From Lytechinus pictus (taxonomy: Eukaryota): DNA of 60,000 nucleotides. Positions within the stretch are counted from its first letter, which is position 1. Every line of letters starts with the position of its first letter. The translations under genes were made by a program, and so were the position numbers. Shown here in pieces: positions 50,401-60,000 of this stretch. The stretch is from contig NC_087245.1 in assembly GCF_037042905.1 (NCBI RefSeq), positions 29,514,001-29,574,000 of the forward strand. Direction: 5' to 3'. The notes under the pieces are model-generated. The model worked only from the letters and a program-made list of their open reading frames with translations, had not been told where the DNA came from and did no database searches.

Positions 50401-50672
50401 TTACAAGACCTTGTGAGACCTTAATAATGATTGCAATTCACTGATTTTTTCTTGCAATGCCCCAATAGCTTTGATCATGCCCTACTATAATACACTCCTT
50501 CCTTTCATCCACCACGACCACTACCACCACCAAACCAACCACTCCAGCCTTGGACCCATCATCCTCATCACCACCTGCATCACCATTCATCACTATAGCA
50601 ATCGACATCCAGCCTCCTCACTCACCTCGAGCCCTTTTCAGGGTGCTTGCGTTTGACCGACGAGTTGTTCAT
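20302..50672 (-). CDS. NCOA: p160 nuclear receptor coactivator (NCOA1/2/3 = SRC, Taiman co-orthologue; NCOA2-like); whole gene, 19 coding exons, 5772 nt, ~1923 aa
   Basis: bHLH (YIEELYELI...[15 protein letters not shown]), PAS-A ([13 protein letters not shown]...YVTENV...YVHVGDH), PAS-B (CIARR...EEFTTK), LxxLL boxes, CBP-binding-like segment, Q-rich C-terminus, terminal SLLQKLLLD; exon phases sum to a whole number of codons. Confidence 0.92.
20788..20931 (-). CDS. NCOA: NCOA coding exon 18
   Basis: gcag|[10 protein letters not shown]...FRNQLKQ...GADE|gtaaag. Confidence 0.85.
21698..21867 (-). CDS. NCOA: NCOA coding exon 17
   Basis: tcag|YNKDEKNVG...DARKRYQ|gtaatg; frame differs from ORF track. 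Confidence 0.82.
22157..22292 (-). CDS. NCOA: NCOA coding exon 16
   Basis: gtag|[13 protein letters not shown]...LTMELLDP|gtaagt. Confidence 0.85.
22682..23262. mobile_element. Non-autonomous DNA-transposon-like element built from GAAAGAC/GAGATC subrepeats
   Basis: Starts taa-ggcccccattccacag; dozens of aaagac/gtcttt motifs in both orientations; right TIR not found. Confidence 0.5.
23371..23658 (-). CDS. NCOA: NCOA coding exon 15
   Basis: ccag|AGGGIRPG...SAPGQ|gtacct. Confidence 0.8.
24020..24865 (-). CDS. NCOA: NCOA coding exon 14 (G/M/Q/P-rich)
   Basis: ctag|[11 protein letters not shown]...MTTTQ|gtgagt. Confidence 0.88.
25348..25416 (-). CDS. NCOA: NCOA coding exon 13
   Basis: tcag|[23 protein letters not shown]|gtaaca; PPNV motif after the polyQ. 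Confidence 0.75.
25939..26136 (-). CDS. NCOA: NCOA coding exon 12 (polyglutamine)
   Basis: gcag|MWNLQQQ...FSGPQ|gtcggt; 19-Gln run of mixed CAG/CAA. Confidence 0.8.
26321..26481. mobile_element. Near-palindromic MITE
   Basis: Arms ggggcccgtttcatgaagagttacaactgttgtaactttgccattatggcaactaccatggtaac and its reverse complement. Confidence 0.85.
27055..27783 (-). CDS. NCOA: NCOA coding exon 11 (CBP/p300-interaction-like domain)
   Basis: acag|[39 protein letters not shown]...QQQQ|gttagt. Confidence 0.9.
28146..29290 (-). CDS. NCOA: NCOA coding exon 10 (LGGLL and LQQLL boxes)
   Basis: acag|TQGDPDSS...QQQA|gtaagt. Confidence 0.9.
29585..30357. mobile_element. piggyBac-type non-autonomous element
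   Basis: TTAA at 29581-29584 and 30358-30361; imperfect TIRs ccctatcttaactggg / cccagtttaataaggc; subterminal gtcaatttgaccc motif at both ends. Confidence 0.75.
30796..31703 (-). CDS. NCOA: NCOA coding exon 9 (G/N-rich, LQDLL box)
   Basis: acag|DMDPNRN...[11 protein letters not shown]|gtaagt. Confidence 0.9.
31753..31875. repeat. (ATC/ATT)n microsatellite
   Basis: Degenerate trinucleotide run in intron. Confidence 0.85.
31982..32126 (-). CDS. NCOA: NCOA coding exon 8 (PAS-B C-terminal part)
   Basis: gaag|[25 protein letters not shown]...VVCVHTVM|gtgagt. Confidence 0.85.
32801..33037 (-). CDS. NCOA: NCOA coding exon 7 (PAS-B)
   Basis: gaag|[11 protein letters not shown]...EEFTTKL...RIDE|gtgagt; alternative in-frame acceptor would start at 33028. 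Confidence 0.85.
33524..33718 (-). CDS. NCOA: NCOA coding exon 6
   Basis: gcag|TSSIW...[10 protein letters not shown]...YDTMMC...SDA|gtattg. Confidence 0.88.
33970..34927. mobile_element. Helentron-associated-type (HINE/DINE-like) non-autonomous element with internal tandem repeats
   Basis: Subterminal IR gtctcacctgcat (33992) / atgcaggtgagac (34911), ~160-190-bp tandem cores, (GCC)n tract, 3' hairpin, A-rich flanks. Confidence 0.7.
35133..35363. mobile_element. Tc1/mariner-type MITE
   Basis: TA flanks; TIRs cagttgtgctcaaaagttagtgaacccc / ggggttcactaacttttgagcaccacgg. Confidence 0.8.
35398..35448. repeat. (TA)n microsatellite
   Basis: Dinucleotide run; another at ~50897-50925. Confidence 0.9.
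35929..36019 (-). CDS. NCOA: NCOA coding exon 5 (PAS-A second half)
   Basis: acag|[30 protein letters not shown]|gttaga. Confidence 0.9.
36088..36380 (+). mobile_element. tRNA-derived SINE
   Basis: A/B-box-like head, core gctgcactcaacccaggtg...aaatgggtacc, ATT-rich tail. Confidence 0.65.
37593..38192. mobile_element. Kolobok-type MITE
   Basis: ttaa-aggagaat ... attctcct-ttaa. Confidence 0.6.
38757..39035 (+). mobile_element. tRNA-derived SINE
   Basis: tRNA-like head, core tttgccactctccactcaggtg...aaatggggacccagtaggaaat, (ATT)n tail. Confidence 0.7.
41995..42866. mobile_element. PIF/Harbinger-type MITE
   Basis: TIRs ggccgtgtttatgcttccact / agtggaagcataaacacaccc, taa/caa flanks. Confidence 0.7.
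43940..44315. mobile_element. Kolobok-type MITE
   Basis: ttaa-agtgattggttaac ... gttaaacaatacct-ttaa. Confidence 0.6.
45572..45930 (-). mobile_element. tRNA-derived SINE, inverted relative to 38757-39035
   Basis: Reverse complement of the same core (atttcctactgggtacccattt...cctgggtggagagtggcaaa) plus tRNA-like head at ~45855-45930. Confidence 0.7.
46395..46692. mobile_element. MITE; same family at 50232-50463
   Basis: ggtgttgcaagaaa...tttgcaatcaattgcaa / ttgcaatcgattgca...tttcttgcaacacc. Confidence 0.65.
46769..47002. mobile_element. MITE
   Basis: TIRs attgggtgatttcaagttcagtgttg / caacacaggacttgaaatcacccaat. Confidence 0.7.
47899..47988 (-). CDS. NCOA: NCOA coding exon 4 (PAS-A first half)
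   Basis: ttag|[30 protein letters not shown]|gtaatg. Confidence 0.93.
48291..48431. mobile_element. Small MITE
   Basis: gggggctcgttgcagaaagagttgca / tgcagtttattctgcaacaggcccc. Confidence 0.55.
48904..48998 (-). CDS. NCOA: NCOA coding exon 3
   Basis: gtag|[31 protein letters not shown]|gtacgt. Confidence 0.92.
49485..49660 (-). CDS. NCOA: NCOA coding exon 2 (bHLH)
   Basis: tcag|[24 protein letters not shown]...[22 protein letters not shown]|gtatgt. Confidence 0.93.
50232..50463. mobile_element. MITE; same family as 46395-46692
   Basis: gggagtgttgcaaaaaaatatttgcaatcaattgcaaattt ... tttcttgcaatgcccc. Confidence 0.6.
50626..50672 (-). CDS. NCOA: NCOA coding exon 1 (start codon; exon extends as 5' UTR to acceptor at 50768)
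   Basis: aag[18 protein letters not shown]|gtgagt, KRK basic motif, in-frame TAA upstream, strong acceptor at 50769-50771 implies a further non-coding exon. Confidence 0.82.
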
Positions 50673-52893
50673 CTTGCTTCCGGGGGTTTAACTTGCGCCT
50701 CCGGAATCAGCTAGGCAACGGTGGATCGCGAGGGTATGGGGCACGAATCGACCAAGAATGGCACAGACCTGCATCATGAAGATGTGGAATGGAGGATAGA
50801 AGAAGAACGTGGATGAATTCACTTGAAAAAAAATATTTAAAAGGCTTGTTTAAATTATATCTTAAACATGAAAAGGGCTTATCATAAGTCCACTCTTATA
50901 TATATATATATATATATACATATATGAGTAAATATGTCACAAATATCACATTGAACAGTGTTAGGGTGAATGACATGTGTTTAGAGGGCTGAATCATCAT
51001 CCCACACAATTATTAAGAAACTCCTGATCTGAATGAAATATTGTAGGAGTGATCTTGTCTAGTATTCAAAGCAAAAAGTGTTGTGTTAACCGGTGTTCAT
51101 AATTATAGGACAACACAAGCCATTTCTCTCTGGTGTTAAATCTAGTGTTAGTTCAACACCCATGGGTGTTACTGAAAAACCTTAGATCACTTACTTTAAC
51201 ATTCTGAACTGAAATGTGTAATCCTCTAGGGACATGAACTGGTGTCAGTTTAAACACCCAAGATTTAACAGTATAAAATTGTTGAATGCATTTTGTATTA
51301 AAAAGAAAATTAGTGGCATAAAAAACTACATGTCAAAGCAATATCATCATAAACCTTTAAATAACTTGGTAAACATAAACACAGATGTGTGTTCTCAAAC
51401 CAAAAAGGATAAACTTTAAATACTGTTTTTACTTGATCATTACAAGATAAGTTCCAATCGTCTGCAAGATTTGCAAAAAAAATGATCTCCCTTCCATTTT
51501 CATGATTTATTATGCAGATACATGCACTGTATCCTTGCTGCTATAATAAAAGTTACCTTGCATTTAAGGAAGACCAGAATCATCAAGCAACCGCATCTCA
51601 AATTTTAATAGTGCACTCACATTACCACAAAGCCACAAGACCAATTTAGCACTTCATGGTTCTGTATGTTATCTGGAGAGTGACTGACATTTGACATAAC
51701 TTTGTAAAGAACATTGCAGAAGACACACATTTCTCCCCACTGCGTGAATCTCAAAGTTCACTCATCATATACTGTACTACATACACGCTTTGTACCTATT
51801 GAGAGTCTCCATTCAGTTTTAAACTGATAAGGGAAAATGAAATGAGGCGAGTAGATGTAGTAGCTCAAAATAATATGGAACCCAAAGAATTTTGAAAAAA
51901 GATCAATTGTTCTTTGAAAGTGCCATCGGATGAACATTTTCATGAAGCATATCTTGTCTGTGATTTCTTCTTATCAAAAAAAAAAAAAAGCTTTTAACAA
52001 ATCAGATGCAAGGATTTCAGTAGCTTTTCACAGTAATCGTTGACAAAATGCTTCAGGAAATGCTTTATGTCCCATAATTCTCAAGAGATTTAATTGTACC
52101 ATGGTACAAAACCATTGTTTATGCAGATTTCTTGTACATGTAATATCAATCTTCCCATTTAGCACAAAATGTGCATTCAAATTTTATTTGGATTGACTCC
52201 ATGGTGTATGCAATTAATCAAGTACAAAAATCTGCATAGTCCATGAGTTTGGACCATGGTACAATTGAAACCACTTTCGAGAATACGGGCCTATGGGTTA
52301 CAAATTGAGTTTAATACCAGTATTAATATCAATGGAGCATCACAAGTATCTTGGCAAGATGCACAAAGAACATAATAAATGCCAATGGTTTGCGTAAATG
52401 CAAGACTGTACATACGCCATTTTGTGTACAGATATTTTCACGGTTGGGGAATATTCTGGAAAATTTCACAACTTTTGTGATGTTTCCATTTGAGTCAATG
52501 ACCATGTTCCAAAGCAAACATTTTTTCAATATTTGATGCACAGAATTTGTAAAAAATAAAACAATCATGGCGAGAATTACAGTACATAAAGTATAAATAA
52601 ATATTGCATTTTAACTTTATATGCAGATACACTGTATAGCAATATTGAACATGGCATCGCTTTAGAAAAATGAGAAATGACAATATATATGCAAGTCTTA
52701 TATTATCACAAACCCAAAATGAGATAAATTTGTTTTGTGGCTGACACCATTTTAACTAGGATCGAAAGCTTAGGCCCCTTTTGACTTTCTAATTTACTCC
52801 ATTGGCTCTCTTTTATTAGATAAGCAGTTTTCAGCAGCTTCTTTTTACCATTTTAACTAGTCAGCCTTATAGAAATGTGTACGCACATTTGAT

Positions 52894-53282
52894 GACATAC
52901 AATTTCATCTATTTGCTGCATTGATATATCTAGATGCATTTAGAATGAAAGTGAGCCAGATTCTGCCGCAATATTCTTGCCAAGCCCAGATATGTTGAAA
53001 ACCCAATCAATATGTATGCACATTTTAAAGACTTACAATTTCATCTATTCTACAGAATGCTTTTTCTCCATTGATAAATGCATGCATTTAGAAAGAAAAT
53101 GAGCAAAGATTCTTCAAAAATACAGTATTCTTGCCAAACCCAGACATGTTGAAAGCCGACATACAATTTCATCTATAGAATGCCTTTTCTCCGTTGATAA
53201 AGGCATGCATTTCGAATGAAAGTGCTCAGCAAGATTCTACCAGAATATTCTTGCCAAGCCCAGACATGTTGGAAACTCAATA
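52894..53282. repeat. Degenerate tandem triplication, ~130-bp unit
   Basis: gac(a/t)tacaatttcatctat at 52894, 53030, 53158, each followed by tattcttgccaa.cccaga.atgttg. Confidence 0.8.
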
Positions 53283-54699
53283 AAATGATTCCATTGTCGT
53301 ATTCAGAGGAGGAATATGAATATTTTTTTTTCTTCTGCACCAAACCAGTAAACATTTGCATAGCTGCTGTGATGGAATCGTTGCCCAGTTACAAGCATTT
53401 TCATGAATTCTTTATGGGTTTTATATCACAGGTATTGCGTCAGTAGCTGAACTGGATCATGTAATGGGATGGCATGGTAGATATCATAGATTCTAGGCTC
53501 TTCCTCGACACGTCTGCATTAATTCTAAACCATCTTCCCAACCAATAGGGATGGAGACATGTACTGTACATGTAGCAAGTGGCTTTATATTATGTGTAGC
53601 CAAGAGAACAGAAGCCAGAGAGGCTACTAAAAAACAGCACAAAATGGTGACAACATTTCCATATTTGTTTATCATACACTGACTGATTTCACTATTGCAA
53701 AAATAAAAGTTAACTTAGAATCTTATACCTGATATTGCTTGATGACCAAATGAAAAGGTTCTTGGGTGGTTTCTTTTTCCTTTTTATTTTTCTACATTGT
53801 AGTGTGTCAATTCCTGTAATATTCATGTAGATGAATTTCACCATATAACCACTAAACTGCCATGACCATGGACCGTTGATATGACCAATTTTGATCTGTA
53901 TACACTGAACAAACCCCTCCCCCCCAAAAAAAAATAATAATAATTAATTTTTAAAAAAATTTGCCACAATTAAAGTTGATTCAGTGGTGTATGAATTTAC
54001 CAATGGCTCTTCAACATCTTAAATCTGTAGTAAATAATCAATAAGCTTTTACTACATACCAAACTACAGTACCAAATGGTACTTAAGTTTTCAAATCCAC
54101 ATAGCCCCAAGCATAGCATACCTTGCCAGTCTGGAGGTATTTGTCCCCATTTTGAAAGTGACAGCACCAAAATAAAAACTGCTACCAATGCTGACGTCAA
54201 TGCCAGTGAGTGAAACCATCAGAGGTAAAACGGTCAACCCTTAAATCAGTGACCTCAATGCTGTTATTTATCATGCAAGGCAGTTCTTGCTTGTCCCTGT
54301 AAAATGCTAACCCAGATGCAAAGATGCACAGCACATGACATTTGGTCACTCCATGATTTTTTTGTAAGATAGCTGCAGGAAAATTTCTATGGACAAAGCC
54401 AAACATCTACTTATGAAAGATACTGAATTTGTAATAAAGAATCATAGTTTATTAGCTATCATAGCCATTGCATACCTCCAAACAATAAAAACAGGGACAT
54501 AGGATAACCTAATAAATAAATACATGTATTAGGGACCTTGCTGAATTTTTCTACACAACCCTATGGGCAAACTTACACAAAATAGGGACACAGGGTCATT
54601 ATGGGTAAAAAATGCTGTTTTCTTTCCCAAAATAGGCACTGTCCCAATCAAAAAGGAAAAGTTGGCAAGTATGGAATTACTTGCCATAAACTGAGGATT

Positions 54700-55060
54700 G
54701 TCTTTAATATAGATACTTTAAGATACTCATCCTCTGTTATAAAGCCCAATTGACTCTCCCCAGTCCACACATTTATCAGAACTCATAGAACCATATACAT
54801 GTAACCCAAGATGTAACCTTCAATCATCCTCACAACATCTTCTCACTGTTCCCTCCACAAATAAAAATACATATGGTCAAGGTGCCCTTTCTTTATCTGC
54901 CCCTGTACTCTGGAATTCTCTACCATTAAATATAAGAACTGCACCATCCTTCCCCATATTCAAATCTAGATGCTTAAAACTCACTTATTTTCAAAATAAT
55001 GTTTATAATGTTCAATATATTATGTTGTGAAATATTGTAAGTTTTCATTTCACGTAACTT
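54700..55060 (+). mobile_element. L2/CR1-group LINE 3' relic
   Basis: Degenerate translation ...LLTVP...TYGQGALSLSAPVLWNSLPLNIR...LKTHLF. Confidence 0.7.
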
Positions 55061-56796
55061 TTATGTATTGATTTAATTTGTTCTAATTTGCATTAAATAT
55101 TTTTTGTTAAAGGTTTAGGCTTATTAGATAATTTAGATAAGGTCTAATGCATAATTTAGTAATTAAATATATTCTGTAAAGTGCATAGTCTTTGACTATT
55201 ATGTACTATATAAATTTCAAATATTATTATTATAATTATAGATTTACCAAGCTGTGAATATAAAAAGTCCGACAAGCATGAATGTTCTGCCACATGCTGC
55301 GAGGCACAAAATAAAATAGGCATCCAACAAACACTACTAGTAATCAAATTGCATGAAAGCATCTAATCTCATTTTCAAATTCAATATGTACATGACAAAG
55401 TATCTTTAATTGTATTTAACTGTAATATTAATCTTCATCAATGCACAATCAGAAAACATCCCCCAACACACCACAAAATGTACTTAATAATTTTCAAAGA
55501 ATCAATAATTGAGAAAAATGCATTATCCTGCTTCATTTCATCCTCTGCTCTGTTCTGAAAAAGAGTCATGTAAAATACCAATTCCTTTTTATAGCAAAAC
55601 TCTGTACAGTATTCCAATATTACATACTATATTTCCTATCAATGTATAACATTGAAATTTATGTCTTGAGAGTTCTGGGTTTTTTTAATTCTGTTTTCAA
55701 TATGGATCAATGAATGAATCTGAAGCCTAAACTGAATACAAATATTACAGAAATGTTATGTAGATCAAGTACATGAACTGGATCGCTCTGCTCTCATTTT
55801 AGACATGAGAAAGCTATAGATGAGAATCCACAGGAGGGACAATTAACCGACATTCCGACTCCTGAAGCTAAAATCCCATCCCTCTGCATCTATGCTGCCG
55901 CATTTCATTGACACAATTTGTTCACCTTTCAGCCAAAGTAACGCTCTCTTCGCAATTGGAAATTATATCATCAAGCAGCAAACCCAGAAACCTAATTTCC
56001 ACAAAAGGGGGACGATGATCGCTTTCAACAATTCCACATGTCACGGGTATTGTTTATAGCAGAGGATTCATTGGTGTGATTATGATTTTTTTTTTAATTG
56101 CTAACGAATGCGTCACACTCTGGATCTGCCTGTTTGTTGAATTATTGGTTGTTATGCAACTGATTTGTTTCTGTACAACGAGAATGCATGCTTAACACCA
56201 CAAAATTGGGGGGGTTTTAATGATAGATGAAATGGTTGTCCCAATTTCATTACTTTAACGATAAGGCCTACACACTGAGGATAGTTCGTTTATATGTACA
56301 AATAGGTTTAATCACAAAATATTTAAGTCATGTTAATAAACTGAACATTTTATGATTACACACTGGAAAAGGCTGTATTTGCTGGGAAAATTTAAATAGC
56401 TCCATCAAAGCAGGTTTGAATGTAAATTCCAATTATGATAACAACCATGGAATAAATTTGAATAGAATCCAAAATAAATGACCACCTAATAAAGTGCTTA
56501 TTAAAAGATGTGCCAAATGTTTGTGGTAGGAAATAAGTAATTGCCGAGTAGTATGTAGAATAGCATGACATTCTGATGGATTGAGGAGTCTTTAAAAATG
56601 TAAAAAATATTTTTATTTGCGTTCTTGATTTTCAGTCTTGGTTCCCTTTTCCCACAGCACTTGATGTCAAAACGAAACAATGTCAAGCTAATCGCTAGCT
56701 AGCAGATAGCTGGGTAAGCTTGCAATAGGAATGCTGATACATAATCAAGCAATCTTATAGCATGTATCTTTGATCTAGCTTGCGATCGCTTATTTA

Positions 56797-57074
56797 TACC
56801 GTGTTTACACGCTGCATCGGCTCGCGGTTCTGAACCGCGAGCCGATGCAGAATCGGCTTTTTCATTGCATGTAAACGCGATTAACTTGCATCGGCTCTCG
56901 GTTCAGAATCGACAATGTTGCACCACCAAAGTAGTAGGTTCAGAACCGCGAGCCGATGCAGAATCGGCTTTTTTACTACGTGTAAACAGAAAGCCGATTC
57001 TGCATCGGCAATTTCATTTACTTTACCATTATGACGTACTTCAAAGCGCACGTATCCAGCGTTGTCTTTATTAT
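56797..57074. mobile_element. MITE with GCCGATGCAGAATCGGC subrepeats, copy 2 (right part absent)
   Basis: Starts taccgtgtttacac, aligns to 14564-14824. Confidence 0.75.
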
Positions 57075-57089
57075 AGTCGATTTGACAGT

Positions 57090-60000
57090 CACATAGGCTC
57101 AATACACCAACCTAGAAATGTTCTTTCCGATGAAGTTTTTTTCTTGATTCGTGTTCCTATGGGGTCCTAGAACAAATTCAGATTGGTTGCCCAAAGTTGC
57201 CGTTTGGGCAATTTTGCTAATTTGCATAAATCCAAAATGGCCGCCAGATGAATCTTGAAAACCTAACTTTTGAACCCCTTGACCCAAAATGATGAGTAAT
57301 GACTAATTTTAGGGGTTTATGGGTGTGTAGAACAGATTTTTATTATCATTTTTGCAATATAAGGTCATCTTCAGGTCAAATCCAAGATGGCCGCCAGATG
57401 CCATTCTGAAAAATTGACTTTTGATCCTCTTGCCCCAGAATGACGAGTTATACCTCTGTTTGTGGGTTTTGTGGTGTGTATAATCTCTTTCTGCTATCTA
57501 TTTTGCAATATAATGTCATCTTCAGGTCAAATCCAAGATGGCCGCCAGAAGATGCCATTTTGAAAAATAAACTTCTGAACCCTTTGTCCCAGAATCATGA
57601 TTAATACCCATTTCCGTGAGTTATTTGGTGATTCCATTTCTGTTAATAATTTTACAATATTAGATCATATTCAGGTCAAATCTAACATGTCCAAGATGGC
57701 CGCTAAACGCAATATAAAAAAAAACTACTTCCCGTGACTATTGAACCTTGAAAAAGTACTCTCTCTACAAGCGTACACGCTGTCCTGAGGTTAGTATTAT
57801 GTGTAGGAGATCATGTAAGGGAATTTCAGTAAGAATTATTAATTTCTTTTAATCACTCGATTTTTAGTTCGAGGTCAAATCATGTCTAAGATGATCAGAT
57901 GGTTGATAGATTTCGTCATTAATCGCTCACTTTAGAATGAAACCATTCAAGGTTTTGGCAATGATCTATTTCGGGAGTTCTAATTCTTGTTTATGTCCAA
58001 CCGTACTTTTCTAGAGAAAGGACTTCTATTATTGAATTAAAAAGTGATTTCTCCGTATTTTTCAGAAAAATAGTTAAGTCATTACCTTCCTTTATAACTA
58101 TCATTGGACCTTTTGTCCTGACAAGAGCCATTGACTTGGTCAGCAGGAGTGCACTATTTAGCCTCCTGCAGAAGATATGTTCCCCAAGACTGTTCCCTGG
58201 TCATATCATTCCATGAGCACAGTTTGCTACAACACTGGAACACCTGGTACCTTTTCTCAGTTCCTGTGAGCAGCGTGAAGCAAGGCTGCGCCTGGCCCTG
58301 ACACTCTTTGGGATATTCTTTTCCAAGCTTCCCCAGTATGCATTTGGCGAATGCACAGAGGACTTCTATATCCGTACCAACGCAGATGGGGAACTGAACA
58401 TCGACCGACTACCTGCCAAAACAATGATCAGGATGGTTCTCGTTCGTGAGATATTGCACGGAAACGATGTTGCCCCTGCCTCTCAAGAAGCAGGAGTACA
58501 AGACCTAGTCATACAGCCGCCTGTCCTGTGCATGTTTGGATCACCCATCAGCCTGTGAAACAGAAATCCTGATCGACTCAAGACACTGACTGTCCTCCAG
58601 ATATCTCTATCAACAGCACGCACTCGTCTGGTTGTGTTGGACTCCTCACCTACAATGGATCTCCCTCTCACGTCCCTGATTGGATCATCTATCTGTCTCT
58701 AGCTCCCTTTCACTGGACAAGGAGATAAGCACCAGGATAGGAAAATCTGCCACAGTCATGGCAAAGCTCCTGTACGGAAGTAAGTCCTGGAAAACGTACG
58801 CCAACTAAGAAAAGCGGCTAAACACCTTCCATATCAGCTGCTTCAGATGTATCATGCACGTTTAATGGCAGGACAAAGTGAAAAATACAGAGGCCCTTCA
58901 GCGTACGTGCTGGCATCCCCAGCTTATTCTCACTCCTTTATAGTCAAAGGCGCCTCAAGTGGTTGGGGCATGTTCGCCGCATGAAACCTTGGCGAATCCC
59001 AGAAGGGATTCGCCAAGATGAGGTGAGCTGTGTGCTTGGTCTCACCCCATTTGTAGATCACACCTTCGTTATAAAGACACCTGCAAACGTGACATAAAAC
59101 TTGCCGGCATAGACACTAACACTTATGAAGATGTATACGATAGGCGCCATTCTATGGAGAGCTAATAAGGACAGGGGTCAAGACGTCAGAAAATAATCGG
59201 AATGCTAAATTGGCAGACCAAAGACCTAGGAGGAAGGCTAGGGCAGCATTTCTATCTATACCTGTCTCAGCGCCATCTTCCTTCACCTGTACAAATTTGC
59301 TCTACAGACTGCCACTCTAGAGCTGAGTTCTACAGCCACTCTCAAAAATGTAAGACCTAGTGCTACACCATCGTCTTTTAAAACAAACTGATGCCTACCA
59401 ATCATTGGACACATTGATATAGGAAAAATATGGAGAAAACACTTTCGAATTCAAATAACACTCTAAAAGCCTATTCAGTACAAAAGTATGGATGGACATT
59501 AAAACAAATAAAAATACACACGAAATGGATCATAGCCAAAACCTAAAAGGATTCATACTAAGGTGAGCAGCTAATGTCGACATCTGACATCTCAGATGTG
59601 ACTTCACCTTGACCTAAAACTTGAGCATAAATAAAAGAAATTAGTATTCTTACTGAAATCCCTTTACATTAGCTCTCACACGTATAAGCATCGGAAAGTA
59701 GTTTTTTCAAGATGGCGTTTGGCGTCCATCTTGGATTTGATCTGAAGATTATCCTTTATGCAAAATTAAAACATAAATTGAAGCAACATACCAAACGATC
59801 ACCAATAGAGTTAATGTTCATGATTCTGGGGCAAAGGGTTCAAAAGTTAATATTTCAAGATGGCGTCCTATGGCGGCCATCTTGGATTTGACCTGAAGAT
59901 AACATTATATTGCATAATAATAATAGAAATCGATTCTACACAACCCTTAACCCCTAAACTGAGTTATTGCTCATCATTCTGGGGCAAGGGGTTCAAATTT
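57090..60000. mobile_element. Foldback-like DNA element with long modular inverted arms, interrupted by a LINE and running off the window
   Basis: Left arm repeats tcttcaggtcaaatccaagatggccgcc; right arm repeats ggcggccatcttggatttgacctgaaga. Confidence 0.65.
58110..59400 (+). mobile_element. 5'-truncated, decayed RTE-like non-LTR retrotransposon
   Basis: Frameshifted RT motifs VKQGC..TLFGIFF, KEISTRIGKSATVMAKL, RLNTFHISC, WQDKVKN, RRLKWLGHVRRM; 10-bp TSD ATCATTGGAC at 58100-58109 and 59401-59410. Confidence 0.85.

Noticed and set aside
50771..56790. NCOA non-coding first exon at minus-strand donor-like sites (~51557, ~53728)
   Set aside because: No promoter-like CpG island or convincing exon; the TSS may lie outside the window
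1..60000. Prokaryotic-type systems (operons, CRISPR-Cas, defence islands, retrons)
   Set aside because: Spliced animal genes throughout; no repeat-spacer array or cas-like ORF; the only RT is a decayed LINE

Overview
Eukaryotic, AT-rich, intron-containing animal DNA, probably echinoderm/sea-urchin-like (inferred from gene structure and repeat style, not proven). Two complete protein-coding genes face each other tail-to-tail. (1) EFHC1/Rib72-type axonemal protein on +, 11 coding exons, 3384-11467, 644 aa. (2) A p160 nuclear receptor coactivator (NCOA1/2/3, Taiman co-orthologue) on -, 19 coding exons, 50672-20302, about 1923 aa, with bHLH, PAS-A, PAS-B, three LxxLL boxes, a CBP-interaction-like segment, Q-rich tracts and a C-terminal LxxLL; its non-coding first exon was not located. 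Both exon chains were assembled by hand with GT/AG boundaries and consistent phases. Introns carry many MITEs, tRNA-derived SINEs, a Helentron-associated-type element and LINE relics. Best leads: a long RNA duplex in NCOA intron 17 that masks a cryptic stop-containing 3' splice site and holds an ADAR-type UAG:C mismatch; a structured CpG-rich candidate poison exon in the 11.9-kb PAS-A intron; a TE-borne DR4+DR1 nuclear-receptor site array inside NCOA; and a predicted ancient EFHC1-NCOA-TRAM linkage.
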